Shown: positions 49,760-62,935, counted from the first letter of the stretch. The stretch is 64,000 nucleotides of DNA from Mobula hypostoma (GCF_963921235.1 NC_086108.1:109556001-109620000), one strand, 5' to 3'. Notes: generated from the sequence alone by a model not told the origin. A program made the numbers and translations.

Positions 49760-51200
49760 GGTCATGCATCCATCACCAATTGTATTATCTGACTGAGAAT
49801 TTTGTCCTTCTCTGTCTCAAGATGCAGCAGTTTCAATTTCTCAGCAGAAACAGGTACAGTCTCTATGATCATATCAACAAATGCCTGAACATCAACAGCG
49901 TCCCTGCGACTGTCTTTTGTTGTTGGATCCACAGCTCTGGAAAGTGTGTCAGCCGTGCACATGAATTTTCCAGATGTGTATGACACATTCAATGCATATC
50001 TTTGCAATTTGATCATCATTTGCTGAATTCACAAAGGACAGTCGCTTAAAGGTTTGTTAAACAATGCAATCAAAGGCTTATGATCGGTTTCAACATCAGC
50101 AGGTTGCCCTGACACAAACTGATGAAATCTCTCGCAGGCAAACATAATGCTGAGCGATTCTTTTTCAATTTGGGCATACCTTGTTTCTGGATCAGATAAC
50201 GCACGAGATGCATGTGCCACCGGTAGCTATCCCTGATCATGTTTTTGGAGTAATATCGCCCCTAAGCCTGCTTGAGATGCATCACGTGAGATTTTGATGG
50301 GTCTCTCAGCATCATAGAATTTCAACACAGGTTCTTTAGTGAGCACTTTCTTGAGATTTTGCCATGCCTTCTCCTGTTCATTTTCCAGCTCCATTCGTTT
50401 CTCCTTTCTGTTAGCTGTCTCAATGGAGCAACCTGTTCCGAAATGTTGGGTATGAATTTTCCCATGTAGTTGACCATTCCCATAAACCTTTGAACATCCT
50501 AGTTACATTGCGGCCTTGGCATGTTCTCAATAGCAGAAACCTTCAATGGATCAGGACGCACACCCTCATTGCTGATGATATCACCCACAAAGGTAAGTTC
50601 GGTCACTCCTAGCTGACATTCGTCTTTATTCAAATTCAGGTTTGCCGTGCGTGTTGCCTCTAAGACTTGTCTAAGTCTGGCGTCATGCTCTTGTTTAGAT
50701 GATCCCCAAACAATAATATCATCCATGGATGTATCCACGCCCTCAATGTGCTCATACAGCATGTGAATGGTTTTATGGTACACTTCAGGAGCTGACACAA
50801 TTCCAAACGGAAGCTGAAGAAAACAATATCTGGCAAAAGGAGTGTGAAAGGTACACAACTTTGAACCCGGTTCATCGAGTTTAATTTGCCAGAATCCAGA
50901 GGATGCATCTAATTTACTAAAGTACTTTGCACTAGCAAACTGTGACGTAATTTCTTTATGAGTAGGCAATTTGAAATGCTCTCTTTTAACGGCTCGATTC
51001 AAGTCTCCTGGATCTAAGCAAATCCTCTGTTTTCCATTTTTCTTATCAACAATAACAAGCAAATTGACCTATTCAGTTGGTGTATCAATTTTTGTCTGAC
51101 TCCTAGCCGTTCCATTCTGTCAAGCTGTGTTTTCAGTTGCTGATGTAATGCAAAAGGTACTTTTCTACATGGATGTACTACGGGTGGCACTGTGTTGTCA
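49760..51200 (-). pseudogene. Gypsy RT and RNase H
   Basis: RICLDP.DLN, FSKLDASSGFWQI, LPFGI.SAPE, SMDDIIVWG, YAQIEKE, ETDHKPL. Confidence 0.9.
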
Positions 51201-53249
51201 ATTTTAATTGTATGCTCTCCTGGAAGACAACCAAGCCCTTTGAACAAGTCCTCATACTCTTTCATCAAGTCACTGTATTCTGACTCTGTGTCACTGTCCA
51301 GGACTAAGACTCTTTTCACCAAATTCAGTCTCTCACAGGCAGATAAACCCAGTATTGACGTACATTCTTTGGCACCACCACAAATGAAAGCGTGTGCACA
51401 ATATTTTTGCGTGATACTTTTGCCACACGTTCCTTTAACTGGAATGTCTGCACCTGAATACCCAGTCACTTTTATACTTGTCTTATGTAACTTTGGTCTT
51501 GGCTTTAATGCATTAAACTCAGATTCTGCAAGAACATTTATTTGTGCTCCAGTATCAAGTTTAAACAGCATATTATTTTGGTTCACTTGCAATGGAATAG
51601 TCCAGTTATTCTTACTTCCTTTGTTTTCACAAAGCACATCTATATAAAACTCCTCAAGTTCATTTTCAAGCACTGCATTTACTTGTTTTATTTTCTTCCT
51701 ACTTCTGCAACAGCGTGAAAAATGGCTACTCTTACCGCGGTCATTACACATTTTCCCATATGCTGGATACTGCTTTGGCCAATGCTGCTGGCCACAGTGA
51801 TCACATAGGTTTTTTTTCTCAGATGACATCTTGTTCTCTGTCGTTTTTGTTGTCATTTTATATTTTTTCTAATATGCTCACGCTTTTTTACAGCTCTCAA
51901 TGAAAAGTTCTTTAGCCTGTGACCTCACAGTTTTCGAAGCTTTGCAGAGAATCAAAGCTTTTTCCAAGTCTAAGTCTTGTTCTCTTAACAGTCTTTCTCT
52001 CAGACCTTTATCCCGAATGCCACAAACAATTCTGTCTTTAATGAGAGAGAGTGTCAGTTTTCCAAACTCGCTTGTTTTACTCCGCTGTCTCAATTCAGTA
52101 ACATATTGATCAATAGTTTCACCAGCTCTCTGTGCACATGTAAAAAATGTATGCCTTTCATACGTCACATTACGCTTCGGTATACAAAATGTTTCAAGTT
52201 TGTCCATTATCGATTCCAACTTTAAATTGTCTCCATTTTCAAAAATAAAATGATTATATACCTCAATTGCGTTGTCACCTATTACGTGGAGTAGAAGCGC
52301 AGTTTAATGTGGATAAATGTGAGGTTATCCACTTTGGTGGCAAGAACAGGAAGGCAGATTACTATCTGAATGGTGTCAAGTTAGGAAAAGGGGAAGTACA
52401 ACGAGATCTAGGTGTCCTTGTTCATCAGTCACTGAAAGTAAGCATGCAGATACAGCAGGCAGTGAAGAAAGCTAATGACATGTTGGCCTTCATAACAAGG
52501 GGAGTTGAGTATAGGAGCAAAGAGGTCCTTCTGCAGTTGTACAGGGCCCTGGTGAGACCACACCTGGAGTATTGTGTACAGTTTTGGTCTCCAAATTTGA
52601 GGAAGGACATTCTAGCTATTGAGGGAGTGCAGCGTAGGTTCACGAGGTTAATTCCCGGGAAGGCGGGACTGTCATATGTTGAAAGATTGGAGCTACTGGG
52701 CTTGTATACACTGGAATTTAGAAGAATGAGAGGGGATCTGATTGAAACATATAAGATTATTAAGGGATTGGACACGCTAGAGGCAGGAAACATGTTCCCG
52801 ATGTTGGGGGAGTCCAGAACCAGAGGCCACAGTTTAACAATAAGGGGTAGGCCATTTAGAACGGAATTGAGGAAAAACTTTTTCACCCAGAGAGTTGTGG
52901 ATCTGTGGAATGCTCTGCCTCAGAAAGCAGTGGAGGCCAATTCTCTGGATGTTTTCAAGAAAGAGTTAGATAGAGCTGTTAAAATAGTGGAGTCAAAGGA
53001 TATGGGGAGAAGGCAGGAACAAGGTACTGATTGTGGATGATTAGCCATGATCACAGTGAATGGCAATGTTGGCTATAAGGGCTGAATGGCCTACTCCTGC
53101 ACCTATTGTCTATTGTCTTTCGTTTCTCCCGGTTTTCTATCCGCTTCGACCGCCGATAAATATAATTCAAAATGCTGCTTAAATCTTCTCCAGTTCTCAG
53201 TTACGTACCCAAACAATTAAAGTGTAGGTGGAGGCTGCAAACCTTCCAT
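51200..53249 (-). pseudogene. Gypsy gag and aspartic protease, split by CR1
   Basis: PKRNVTYER..F..Q..GETIDQYVTELR..LIKDRIVCGI; two decayed CCHC knuckles; FKLDTGAQIN. Confidence 0.9.
52299..53118 (+). mobile_element. CR1 3' portion inserted in Gypsy gag
   Basis: QFNVDKCEVIHFG..LEYCVQFWSP..RGDLIETYK; (CTATTGT)n tail. Confidence 0.95.
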
Positions 53250-53605
53250 ATGTAAAACTGTTAGCAACACCAAAACAGTTCGAACTCTTTTTTTATCTTC
53301 AATTCTCCCATGTTAAGAAATGTATTATTCTTCCAGACCGACATCTGACACCCCGTTGTGTTCTTTATATTTATACGTACCATGGGTTACTAATAAAGAA
53401 TCATGTTCTGGAAGAAATAGAACTTTTATTTACAGCAACAACCAAACCACTTTTTCACAGTAGCATGTTCTTGATCATTCTATCATTTCTCTTTCCAATC
53501 ACGTTCTGACGCGTCATATCACCACAACACTTGTCATTAAAAATCATTTGTTTCATTAATGTTCTTGCAGGAATGAGCAGGCAGGAAATACAGGTAAAGA
53601 ACACA

Positions 53606-54171
53606 CATTCAGTGGCCACTTTATTAGGTACACCTGTAGACCTGCTCATTAATGTAAATATCTAATTAGCCAGTTGTACAGCAGCAACTCAATGAATAAC
53701 AACATGCAGGTATAGTCAAAAGGTTCAGTTGTTGTTCAGACCAAGCATCAGGATGGGGAAGAATTGTAAACTAAGTGACATTGATTGTGGAATGATTGTT
53801 GGTGCCAGACAGGGTGATTTGAGTATCTCAGAAACTGCTGATCCTTTGGGATTTTCATGCACAACAGTCTCTAGAGTTTCCAGAGAAAGATGTGAGAAAC
53901 AAAAAAAAATCCAGTGAGCGGCAGTTTTGTGGGTGAAATTACCTTGTTAATGAGAAGTCAGAGGAGAATGGCCAGACTGGTTCAAGCTGACAGGAAGGTG
54001 ATGATAACTCAAATAACAACGCATACGACAGTGCGTCCAGATAAACATCTCTAGATGCACAGCATATAGAACCCTGAAGTGGATAGGCCACAGCAGGAGC
54101 AAACCATGAACATACACTCAGAGACAAATTTATTCGGTACAGGAGGTACTTAACAAAGTGGCTACTGAGTA
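53606..54171 (+). mobile_element. Tc1/mariner internally deleted element
   Basis: TIRs cagtggccactttattaggtac / gtacttaacaaagtggctactg; transposase N-terminal HTH MGK..LSD...GMIVGAR...SISETAD.LGFS.TTVSRV. Confidence 0.85.
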
Positions 54172-54174
54172 TAG

Positions 54175-54500
54175 AACAAGGCAACAGGGCATTCAGCCCA
54201 TGATATATGTGCTGAATCAAACCACATCTCTTCTGCCTGCACATGATCTATTTCCCTGTATATGCATGTGTCTGGCTAAAAGTTTCCTCGATGCCACCTT
54301 CATATCTGATACCAGCACTTCTGGCAACTCATTCCAGACGTTCATCACTCTCTGTGTAAGAAAACCTGCCTTACACATCTCCTTTAAACCTTCCACCCTC
54401 TGGCCTTAAATGTATGCCCTCTAGTACTAGATATTTCTACCATGGGGAAAAGATTCTGATTGTCTACCTATCTATACCTCTCATGATTTTATAAACTTCT
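54175..54500 (-). mobile_element. Old CR1 3' fragment
   Basis: Degenerate tail and EVYKIMRGIDR remnant. Confidence 0.6.
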
Positions 54501-54714
54501 TGCCAAATCCATTAGGAAGGAGGTGCAGGAGCCTCAGGACCATCACAACCAGGTTCAGGAACAGTTGTTATCCTTTCAATCATCAGGCTCCCAAACCAGA
54601 GTGGATAATGTCACTCAACTTCACTCACTCCGACATGAATGTTCCCCACAACCTATGGCCTCACTTTCAAGGACTCTATCTCATGTTCTCCGTTTATACA
54701 AGGGATACACTGAT

Positions 54715-55118
54715 GCAGTGGGTGGTAGGGTGTAGGTACTGTACGTCTCTACCAAAGGAGGTGTAAGGCGCTCCTTCCCTCCGCTAGCCTGCTGGTCACC
54801 CTTGGGCAAGGTGTAGCACCTGCTTAGCGCACCTCCCTTGATCAGGGTCACGTGAAGCCATGGGAGTAGGTGGTGGATGGTTGTACAAGCAGCTGATGCA
54901 TATCACCGGTCCTGGTTATGTGACCACTGACACCAGGCAGACAATCTCTGAAGAGTATTGATAATGGCTGGGGTCACCTGTCTTGTAAAGACACTGCGCA
55001 GAAGAAGGCAATGGCAAATCACTTCTGTAGAAAAAATTTGCCAAGAACAATCATGGTCATGGAAAGACCATGATCGCTGATGTCATACGACATGGCACAT
55101 AATGACGATGATGATGAC
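54715..55118 (+). mobile_element. RTE/BovB-type SINE-like repeat (most complete copy)
   Basis: gaagaaggcaatggcaaa..(GAT)n; homologous to 4718-5074. Confidence 0.65.
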
Positions 55119-55212
55119 ATTGACAAGAGATGCATTTGTTGGTATTTACACAGTTTGTTGTGTTTTGCACATTGGTTGATTGTCCATCGTGATGTGGATT
55201 TGATGGAGAATA

Positions 55213-55490
55213 GGGCACCGTGGTAGTGCAGTGGTTAGTGCGATGTTATTCGAGCTCAGGACGCCAAAGTTCTGGGTTCTGGAGTCCTCCGCAAGAAACT
55301 TCATACATTCTTCCCATGAGCACATGGGTTTCCGTTGGGTGCTCTGGTTTCCTCCCACAGTCCAAAGACATACTGGTTGGTAGGTTAATTGGTCATTGTA
55401 AATTGTCCTGTGATTAGGCTAGGGTTAAATAGATGGGTTGCTGGGCATTGTTCATTGTGCCGGGAGGGCCTGGTCCGCACTGAGTCTCTA
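55213..55490 (+). mobile_element. V-SINE (HE1-like) followed by (GATA)n/(TACA)n simple repeat
   Basis: Head, V-domain and CR1-like tail. Confidence 0.7.
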
Positions 55491-55994
55491 GATAGATAAA
55501 GTAAGTAGATGGCTAGATAGATAGATGAATGGATATCTATATACATACATACATAAACTCGGGCAGCTTCTGTGGACAGTCGATATCTTGGGGTGACAGT
55601 TTGGATTGAGAAGAAGAGGAGATAGTTGGTATAAAACTGTGGAGAGTAAGGATAGTACAGAGCTGGCTAGTGATAGGTGCATACAGAGAGAGGCTGATGA
55701 TGGGCTGGAAGGCCTGGTCCTGTGCTCTACTCGTCTACTTTCTATGACATGGCTTCACATTATGGAAAATCATGATACGGACACCTTTCCAGGAACCCAA
55801 CCACCAGGGGTACAGGGTCCCCTGTATTTTGTAAGGATTCAACCAAAGACATTCAACCATTTAGATACTTTCGGTTCCAATGAGTAAACGGATCTCAGCT
55901 GAATATTTTTGTCACAGGGATGCCATCACTTATAAGATGGAATTGTAATTGCACCCTGCTTGGTAAACAGATGTATAGTGAACTTCCAGTCCAG

Positions 55995-56465
55995 ATCCAT
56001 AAGACCATAAGACATTGGAGCAAAATTAGGCCATTCAGCCCATGAAGTCTGCTCTGCCATTCCATCATGGTTGATTTATTATCCCTCTCATCCTTTTTCT
56101 CCTGCCTCCCACCACCCCCCCACCGAATCCCATCATGCTATGACAAATAAAGAACCTGTCAATTTCTGTCTTAAATATACCCAATGACTTGGCCTCCATA
56201 GCCACCATCTGTGGATTCCATAGATTCACCTTCCTCTGGCTAAAGAAATTTCTCCTCATCTCTGATCTAAATGGACATCCTTCTATTCTGAGGCTGTGTT
56301 CTCTGGTCCATGACTCCCCCACTATAGGAAATGTCACCATATCTAGTCCATCCAGGCCCATCAATATTCAATAGGTTTCAGTGAGATCCCCCCTCATTCC
56401 TCTAAATTCCAGTGAGTACAGGCCCCGAATCATCAAATACTCATCATATGTTAACCCTTTCATTC
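55995..56465 (-). mobile_element. CR1 3' fragment
   Basis: ORF 56065-56364 and (ccataaga)n tail. Confidence 0.8.
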
Positions 56466-56599
56466 ATTACTCTACGTCGTAACCTTCAGCATTCTTGACT
56501 GAGTAACAGCATCATATCAAATTCTGGACTGATTTCGGATCAGCTTATCACAAAGCATGGATTTCATAGACTAATAGCCTAATTATTATCCTTTCATAG

Positions 56600-56880
56600 T
56601 GACATGGTAGCATAATGATTAGCACGACGCTATTACAACTCAGGGCGTCATAATTCAGAGTTCAATTCCGAATTGAAGGCTCTGTATGTCCTCCCCATGG
56701 AATGCATGGATTTTACCCCGGGGGCTCTGGTTTCCCCCCACAGTGCAAAGACGTACCGGGTAAATTGTAAATTGCCCCGTTATTATGTTAGGGTAAAATT
56801 GGGGGTTGTCAGGGGTTGCCAGCGCGGCACAGCTTGAAGGGCTGGAAAGGCCTACTCCACACAGCATTGCTAAGTAAAAA
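56600..56880 (+). mobile_element. V-SINE (HE1-like)
   Basis: gagttcaattcc B-box and V-domain. Confidence 0.65.
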
Positions 56881-57562
56881 TCTGGCAAATTGGTGCCAAG
56901 GAAGATAGAACATTATACATTCCAAAATAGGCAGAGCAAGTCAATTAATGCCAGTTAACTTGAATGATGATAAAAATCGTAATTAATGGTTTTAATTGCT
57001 AACAATAAAAGTAATTCAGTAAAGAATCAAAGCCTGCTTGAATTATTGGTTTCTTCTGGCCTTGCTGGAGATTAGATTTCTTTTTACTTTGTGATTTGGG
57101 AGGGATCTATTAGACATAATGTTCTTGCTACATTCTATGCTTTATTAATACTGCCTTACTTTTACTTGAACTCTGTAATCTAAGTTAACCACCCTCAAAT
57201 CAGGCATGTCTTTGATTAGACAAGTCATAGAGTTATACGGGGCAGAAACAGGCCATTCTGCCCAAATGGTTCATTTTGACTAAAATAACCATTCAAGCTA
57301 GTCTCATCTGTCAGCATTCATCTCAGAAATCTCTAAACTCTTTCAAGACAAAGAAGGCTCCCCTACCCCCACTCCCCACCCATTCTAACCAATTTTTACA
57401 GGAGCACTATTATGGGCGTCCTGAGCAGCTGCATCATCGTCTGGTATGGGAGTTGTGACGCTATAAACGATTGCAAGGACTGCTGAGAAGATCATCAGAG
57501 ATACTTATTAGGAGTGTTGCTTTCGCAAGGCCCTTAGCATATCAATTATTCCTTCTATCTTA

Positions 57563-58454
57563 TGTTATGTACCCCGTAACTGGGTTGCCAAACCAGCAGA
57601 AATGGATCACTCAGTTGGAGTCTGGATTACTAGAACTAAGAAAGTTTTATTAAAGAAACAAGCAACACAGTACTCTAATCAAAAGGATAATGAATGCAAC
57701 AGTTCAGCAATGATAAACACACATGTACACACAATTAAGATAACAAGATCAATCAAGCTCTATCGTCGTCTAGGGGTAAATGACCAGTTTCAAAGTGATG
57801 CAAAGTTCAGTTCAATTTAGTTCAGTTCAGTTCGCAGTAATCGCTGCCGTGGCGATGGACAGTGGGGGGAAGGAGAGAGAGAGCAAAACGAATGAATATT
57901 CAAGGCTTCCACACAGACCTTCGCAGTCAGCTTTCGGGCGAGCCCTTTGTGATGTCATCTGAGGTCACCGACCGTGACCCCTCCGTTTCCAGATGCGATC
58001 GTTTCTCTGCGGTGAACCCGGCACCCAGGCAAGGGCGCACACACACCAGGTTCCCGCTGATCGTGCCTTTCCACCCTGTGCGTCTATGGCTTGATCCCAC
58101 GATCAGCCATCCAAGAACTTCCCACCGACCTGTGAGAGACGCACCGCTTCCAGGGTCTCGTTACCTCGGGTGTCGTGTGTGTGTCGCCTTAGCGAACCTG
58201 TCCCTTTTTTATCCCCCTGCTGGGGTATCGCCTGTCCATCACTTCAAACGGTTCAAGGTTCAAAGGGGGAGCCGATCTTGACAGCTCTCTCCTTCTGTTA
58301 CTCTCTCTCTCGTCCCTTCATTACACATCTCCAAATGCTGCTCCATTGTTTTCCTTATCTCTCTCTCTCCTGAAGACAGTGGCAGACCAACTGCTGATCC
58401 CACTGGTGCCAGCACAGGACAGCTAGATCTTAATCTATGTGTATTCTTGTCACA
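57563..58454 (-). mobile_element. Probable solo LTR inserted in a Rex-like 3' fragment (57360-58800)
   Basis: TG..CA ends, CpG-rich, AATAAA on the minus strand near 57650; the host LINE resumes HPSSNLFDPLPSGRRY. No clean TSD. Confidence 0.55.
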
Positions 58455-58821
58455 CCATCCAGCAACCTCTTTGACCCCCTACCATCAGGCAGGAGGTACT
58501 GTAATATTAGGACAAAGACTGTTAGGATGGGCAACAGCTTCATCCCTGACGCCATGACAGCACTGAACTCCCTGCCACCACCTGGTCTCACCACGTGCAA
58601 AGAGCCAGTAGCATTATGTCGTTCACTTTTTAACCTGCGTCACAAACGCACCATAATATTTGTTAATTTACTGGTGGTAATATTATGCTATGTGTTGTGT
58701 GTAAGTTATATGTACTGTGTTATGCACCTGGGTCCGGAGGAACGATGTTTCATTTAGTGGTACACATGTGTATGGCTGACTAACAATAAACTTGAACTTG
58801 AATCCACGTACCTATCCAGCT

Positions 58822-58965
58822 GTCTCCACTCCTGATGAAGGGTCCCGTCCTGAAATATCGACTGTTTACTCTTTTCCAGAGATGCTGCCTGGCCAGCTGA
58901 GTTCATCCAGCATTTTGTGTGTGTTGCTCGGATTTCCAGCATCTGCAGATCTTCTCTTGTTTGTC
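58822..58965 (+). mobile_element. Solo Penelope terminus with hammerhead motif
   Basis: ACTC-CTGATGA-AGGGTCCCGTCCT-GAAATATC-GACT, then the full tail ..ccagcatctgcagat..ttgttt. Confidence 0.75.
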
Positions 58966-59076
58966 TTTTGAAATTTGTTATTATACCTACTTCAGCTACT
59001 TCCTCGAGCAGCTCTTTCGATGTGTATATAACCACCCTTCGTGTACAAAAGCTCTTCCACATTTTTTTGCACAATT

Positions 59077-59240
59077 GGGCAGCATGGTAGTGTAGCAGTT
59101 TGTGTACTGCTTTACAGCACCAGCGACAACTGATCAGGGTTCAATTCCCACTGCTCTCTGTAAGGAGTTTGTTCGTTCTCCCCGTGATTGTGTGGGTTTC
59201 CTCCGGGTGCTCTGGTTTCCTCCCACAGTCCAAAGATAAG
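59077..59240 (+). mobile_element. V-SINE 5' part
   Basis: gggttcaattccc B-box and V-domain. Confidence 0.7.
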
Positions 59241-59585
59241 GTGGAATCTTGACCTCACAATCAGTCTCATTATGATCTTACACATTAATGTTTCCCTGCA
59301 CTGCACTTTCTCTAGAATTGTGATACCTTATTCTGCATTCTGTTAATGTTTTACTTTGTTCTTCGTCAATGTACTTTGTAATGATCTGATCTGGTACAAG
59401 CTTTTCACTGTATCTCGGTACATGTGACAACAATAAACCAATAACAATACCAATAATTACCAGGAGATCTTGTACCATCACTAGGTAGGACAGATGGTGA
59501 TTCAGTTTAACATCCTAAACCATAAGAGCATAAGACATTGGAGCAGAATTAGGCCATTCGGTCTATCCCGTCTGCTCTGCCATTC

Positions 59586-60258
59586 AATAGACAATAGACA
59601 ATGGACAATAGGTGTAGGAGTAGGCCATTTGGCCCTTCGAGCCAGCACCGCCATTCACTGTGATCATGGCTGATCATCCACAATCAGTACCCTGTTCCTG
59701 CCTTATCCTCATAACCTTTGATTCCACTATCTTTAAGAGCTCTATCCATCTCTTTCTTGAAAGCATCCAGAGACTTGATCTCTACTGCCTTCTGGGACAG
59801 AGCATTCCACATATCCACCACTCTCTGGGTGAAAAAGTTTTTCCTAAACTCCGTTCTAAATGGCCTACCCCTTATTGTTAAACTGTGGCCTCTGGTTCTG
59901 GACTCACCCATCAGCAGGAACGTGCTTCCTGCCTCCAGCGTGTCCAATCCCTTAATAATCTTATATGTTTGAATCAGATCCCCTTTCATCCTTCTAAATT
60001 CCAGTGTATGCAAACCCAGTTGCTCCAATCTTTCAACATATGACAGTCCCGCCATCCTGGGAATTAACCTTGTGAACCTACGCTGCACTCCCTCAATAGC
60101 AAGAATGTCCTTCCTCAAATTTGGAGACCAAAACTGCACACAGTACTCCAGGTGTGGTCTCACCAGGGCCCTGTACAGCTGCAGAAGGACCTCTTTGCTC
60201 TTATACTCAATTCTCCTTGTTATGAAGGCCAGCATGCCATTAGCTTTCTTCACTGGCT
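59586..60258 (-). mobile_element. CR1 3' portion (subfamily of 52299-53118) nested in an older CR1 tail (59520-60612)
   Basis: ORF 59684-60283 and (caataga)n tail. Confidence 0.9.
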
Positions 60259-60964
60259 GATATGTTATCCCTCTTGCATTCATTCTCCTGCCTTCTCCCT
60301 GTAACCTTTGAAGCCTTTACAAATCAAGAACCTATCAACCACCGTTTCAAATCACTCATCAACTCTGCCTCCACAACTGTTTATGGTGTCACATTCCACA
60401 GACTCACCACCCTCTGGCTAAAGAACTTTCTCTTCATCTCTGTTCTAAATGGACGTCCCTCTATTCTTGGCTGTGCTCTGTGGTCCTAGACTCCCCCACT
60501 ATAGGAAACATTCTTTCCATGTCCACTCTATGTAGGCCTTTCAACTTGCGATCAGGTTCAGTGAGATCCCCACACCCCCTCACTCTTCTAAACTCCAGTG
60601 AGTACAGGCCCATTCTGGATTGCAGACTTTAGGATAATTTTTCCTATGAGAATGGATTCGGGCAGATTGATATTTTAACGGATCTTACATTCTCCATTAA
60701 CAGCATGTCTCCAATTAAATCAAGCTGCAGAAATATAAATGGCTTACCTTCCACACGTATTTAGTAGATTTAGCTTAATTTAATTCATTATGTGCCTGTT
60801 TGATCATTTAGGCCCATAAAAATGTGCAGCTAGAGGTTTGGTATTTTCTATCTTTAATTCTGATGTGAGTTGTGTTAATTGATTTCAGCTGAGGCTTCAT
60901 TGCTACCATGATTCATTTCTGAGTTTGAGAGCTGTGGGTTTATATTTCAGTCTTGGCGGAACCG

Positions 60965-61400
60965 TTTTACTGAGAAGGAGAAGTGGCAAAGATGGATTAC
61001 TGGCACCTTAAAACCAGTTGTTTCGGGCAGATGGGGCCCGTCAGCCGTGGTTGGCAGCTCACCTAGGAAAAAGAGAACTCTGGTCTCAAACCTCCACTGC
61101 AGTGTGGCTCTACCCATTAATGGGGAGGCTTCGGGAGTAAACCCGAGGGAAAAGTCCGGAGCTGGAGTCCCTAAGGCAGTATTACGTTGAGTTCAACACT
61201 GACTGGCAACTCCTGCGACACTGCTGGTGCCAAACTGTATTGGTCCCTGCTGTTTCTTTGACTTCATCAGGTGCATGCAGAACTGGAGCCTGCTGCATGG
61301 CCAACAGCTTGCTGTCCACATTGTACTGCACAGGCTTGTGTATCTAGACAGCTGGGATGCAATATCAATGGTCTGCCCTACTGACGAAGGCCTCACACGT
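60965..61400 (+). mobile_element. Non-autonomous RTE-tailed repeat
   Basis: Homologous to 21295-21702. Confidence 0.6.
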
Positions 61401-61434
61401 GGGAGGAAGGATCAGATTGATCTTAGACTAGGTT

Positions 61435-62935
61435 AAAGATCAAGGAGCTGAGAGTATCATTATGTTGACACTGAACGGTAATCAATAAACAATAGGTATT
61501 GCTATTGTCCAGATGATCCAAGTGGAGAGCCAGTGAGATTGGATCTGCTGTACACCTATTGTGGCGATATGCAAACTGTAGTGAGTCCAGGTCCTTGCTT
61601 AGGCAGGAACAGGGTCTATCACTGATTCTATTATGGTTCTTGGATTTATTGAGTATGACGTTCTGAGGCAGGTGGGAACGTCCAACTGCAGCAGTGGTTG
61701 GCACAGGTTTTTAATGCCCTACATGGTACACCACTAGGGCCTGACACCTTGCGAGGGTTCACCCTCTTGAAAGATGTTCTGATGCTGGCCTCTGAGACAG
61801 AGATTACAGGGTTACAAGATGCCACAGGGGTTCACACTAGTGTCGCATTATTCTCCCTTTCAAAGTATGCATAAAAGGCGTTGAGCTTATCTGGGAGTGA
61901 AGCATCCCAGCCATTCAAAGTACATTTATTATCAAAGTATGTATGTTGATACAACTCTGAGATTCGTCTCCCTACAGGCCACCATAAAACAAAGAAACCC
62001 AACAGAACCCATTTAAAGAAAGACCGTCAAACACCCAATGGGCAGAAAAGAAAATAAATCATGCAAACAACAAAAGCAAGCAAACAAAATTAAGTTCACA
62101 AAAGTGAGTCCACAGCCACGAAGCCAGTCATCACCGCAGCCGATTAAGGAGCCCATTAGTTGTAGGCCACAGCCTCAGTTCCGTGCAGAGACAAGTACAC
62201 TTTGCGGAGCAGTGAGCTGAACCCGCCCGTCCTTTGCCTCCAGCCCTGACACCCTGACCTCCTGACCTTTTCAATCTGGCCCTGTTTGTAGGAAGTAGTG
62301 CCTTGCAAATCCTGCCAGAGCTGACCTGCATCTGATTACACCTCTGATCACTCAGGATTGCTTTTTAGCTCTTAGAGTAGTTTTCCATAAATCCTACCTG
62401 GATGTCTTGTACAGTTCTGGATCACCGGTCTTGAATGACACAGGCCTAGCTCGCGGCAGAACATGAATCCCCTGGTTCATTCACAGCTTTTGGTTTGGGT
62501 ATGTCCAGTATGTTCTCGAAAGCACACACTCACCTGCATAGGTCTCGATGAAGTTGGTGACAACTGTGCGTATTCATTCAGATTCAAAGATGAATCCCTA
62601 AAGACCGTCCAGTCCGCTGACTCAAAGCAGTCCTGTAAGCATTCCACTGCCTCCTTGACCATGCCTTCTTCGTCCCCACTACTGGTGCTGCAGTCTTCGG
62701 TCTTTGCCCATACCTCGGGAGCAGAAGTACAGCCGGGTGATCAGAATTTCCAAAATGTGGGTGCTGGATGGCACGGTAAGTATTCTTGATGGTGGTCTAA
62801 TAGTGGTCGTGTGTGTTGGCTCCTCTGGTTCCAAAGGAGATATATTGATGGTAGATGTTCAGAGACTTCTTCAAGCTGGCCTAATTGAAATCCCCTGCGT
62901 TGATAGGGAAGGCATCCAGGTGTTTTGTTTTGTGA
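61435..62935 (-). mobile_element. Decayed Rex1/Babar-like LINE with nested insertion at ~61915-62290
   Basis: LQDCFESADWTVFRDSS.NLNEYA; SKDLDSLQFAYRHNRCTAD.ISLALH. Confidence 0.8.

Larger units (their letters stand above)
48165..53526 (-). mobile_element. Near full-length Gypsy (Ty3) LTR retrotransposon, decayed
   Basis: 5' LTR ~53354-53526, PBS-like GGTGTCAGATGT, gag start MEGLQPPP..ENWRRFKQ.FELYL (53249), knuckles, protease LDTGA, RT, RNase H, integrase, PPT GGAAAGGAAGA (48204-48214), partial 3' LTR 48165-48203. Confidence 0.95.

Noticed and set aside
52267..53040. 257-aa ORF as a host gene
   Set aside because: It is the CR1 ORF2 C-terminus preceded by a few antisense gag codons.
61378..61400. 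CTGACGAAGG as another hammerhead
   Set aside because: No downstream GAAA-NUH or stem I; it is the RTE-like tail (ctgacggagg in the other copy).
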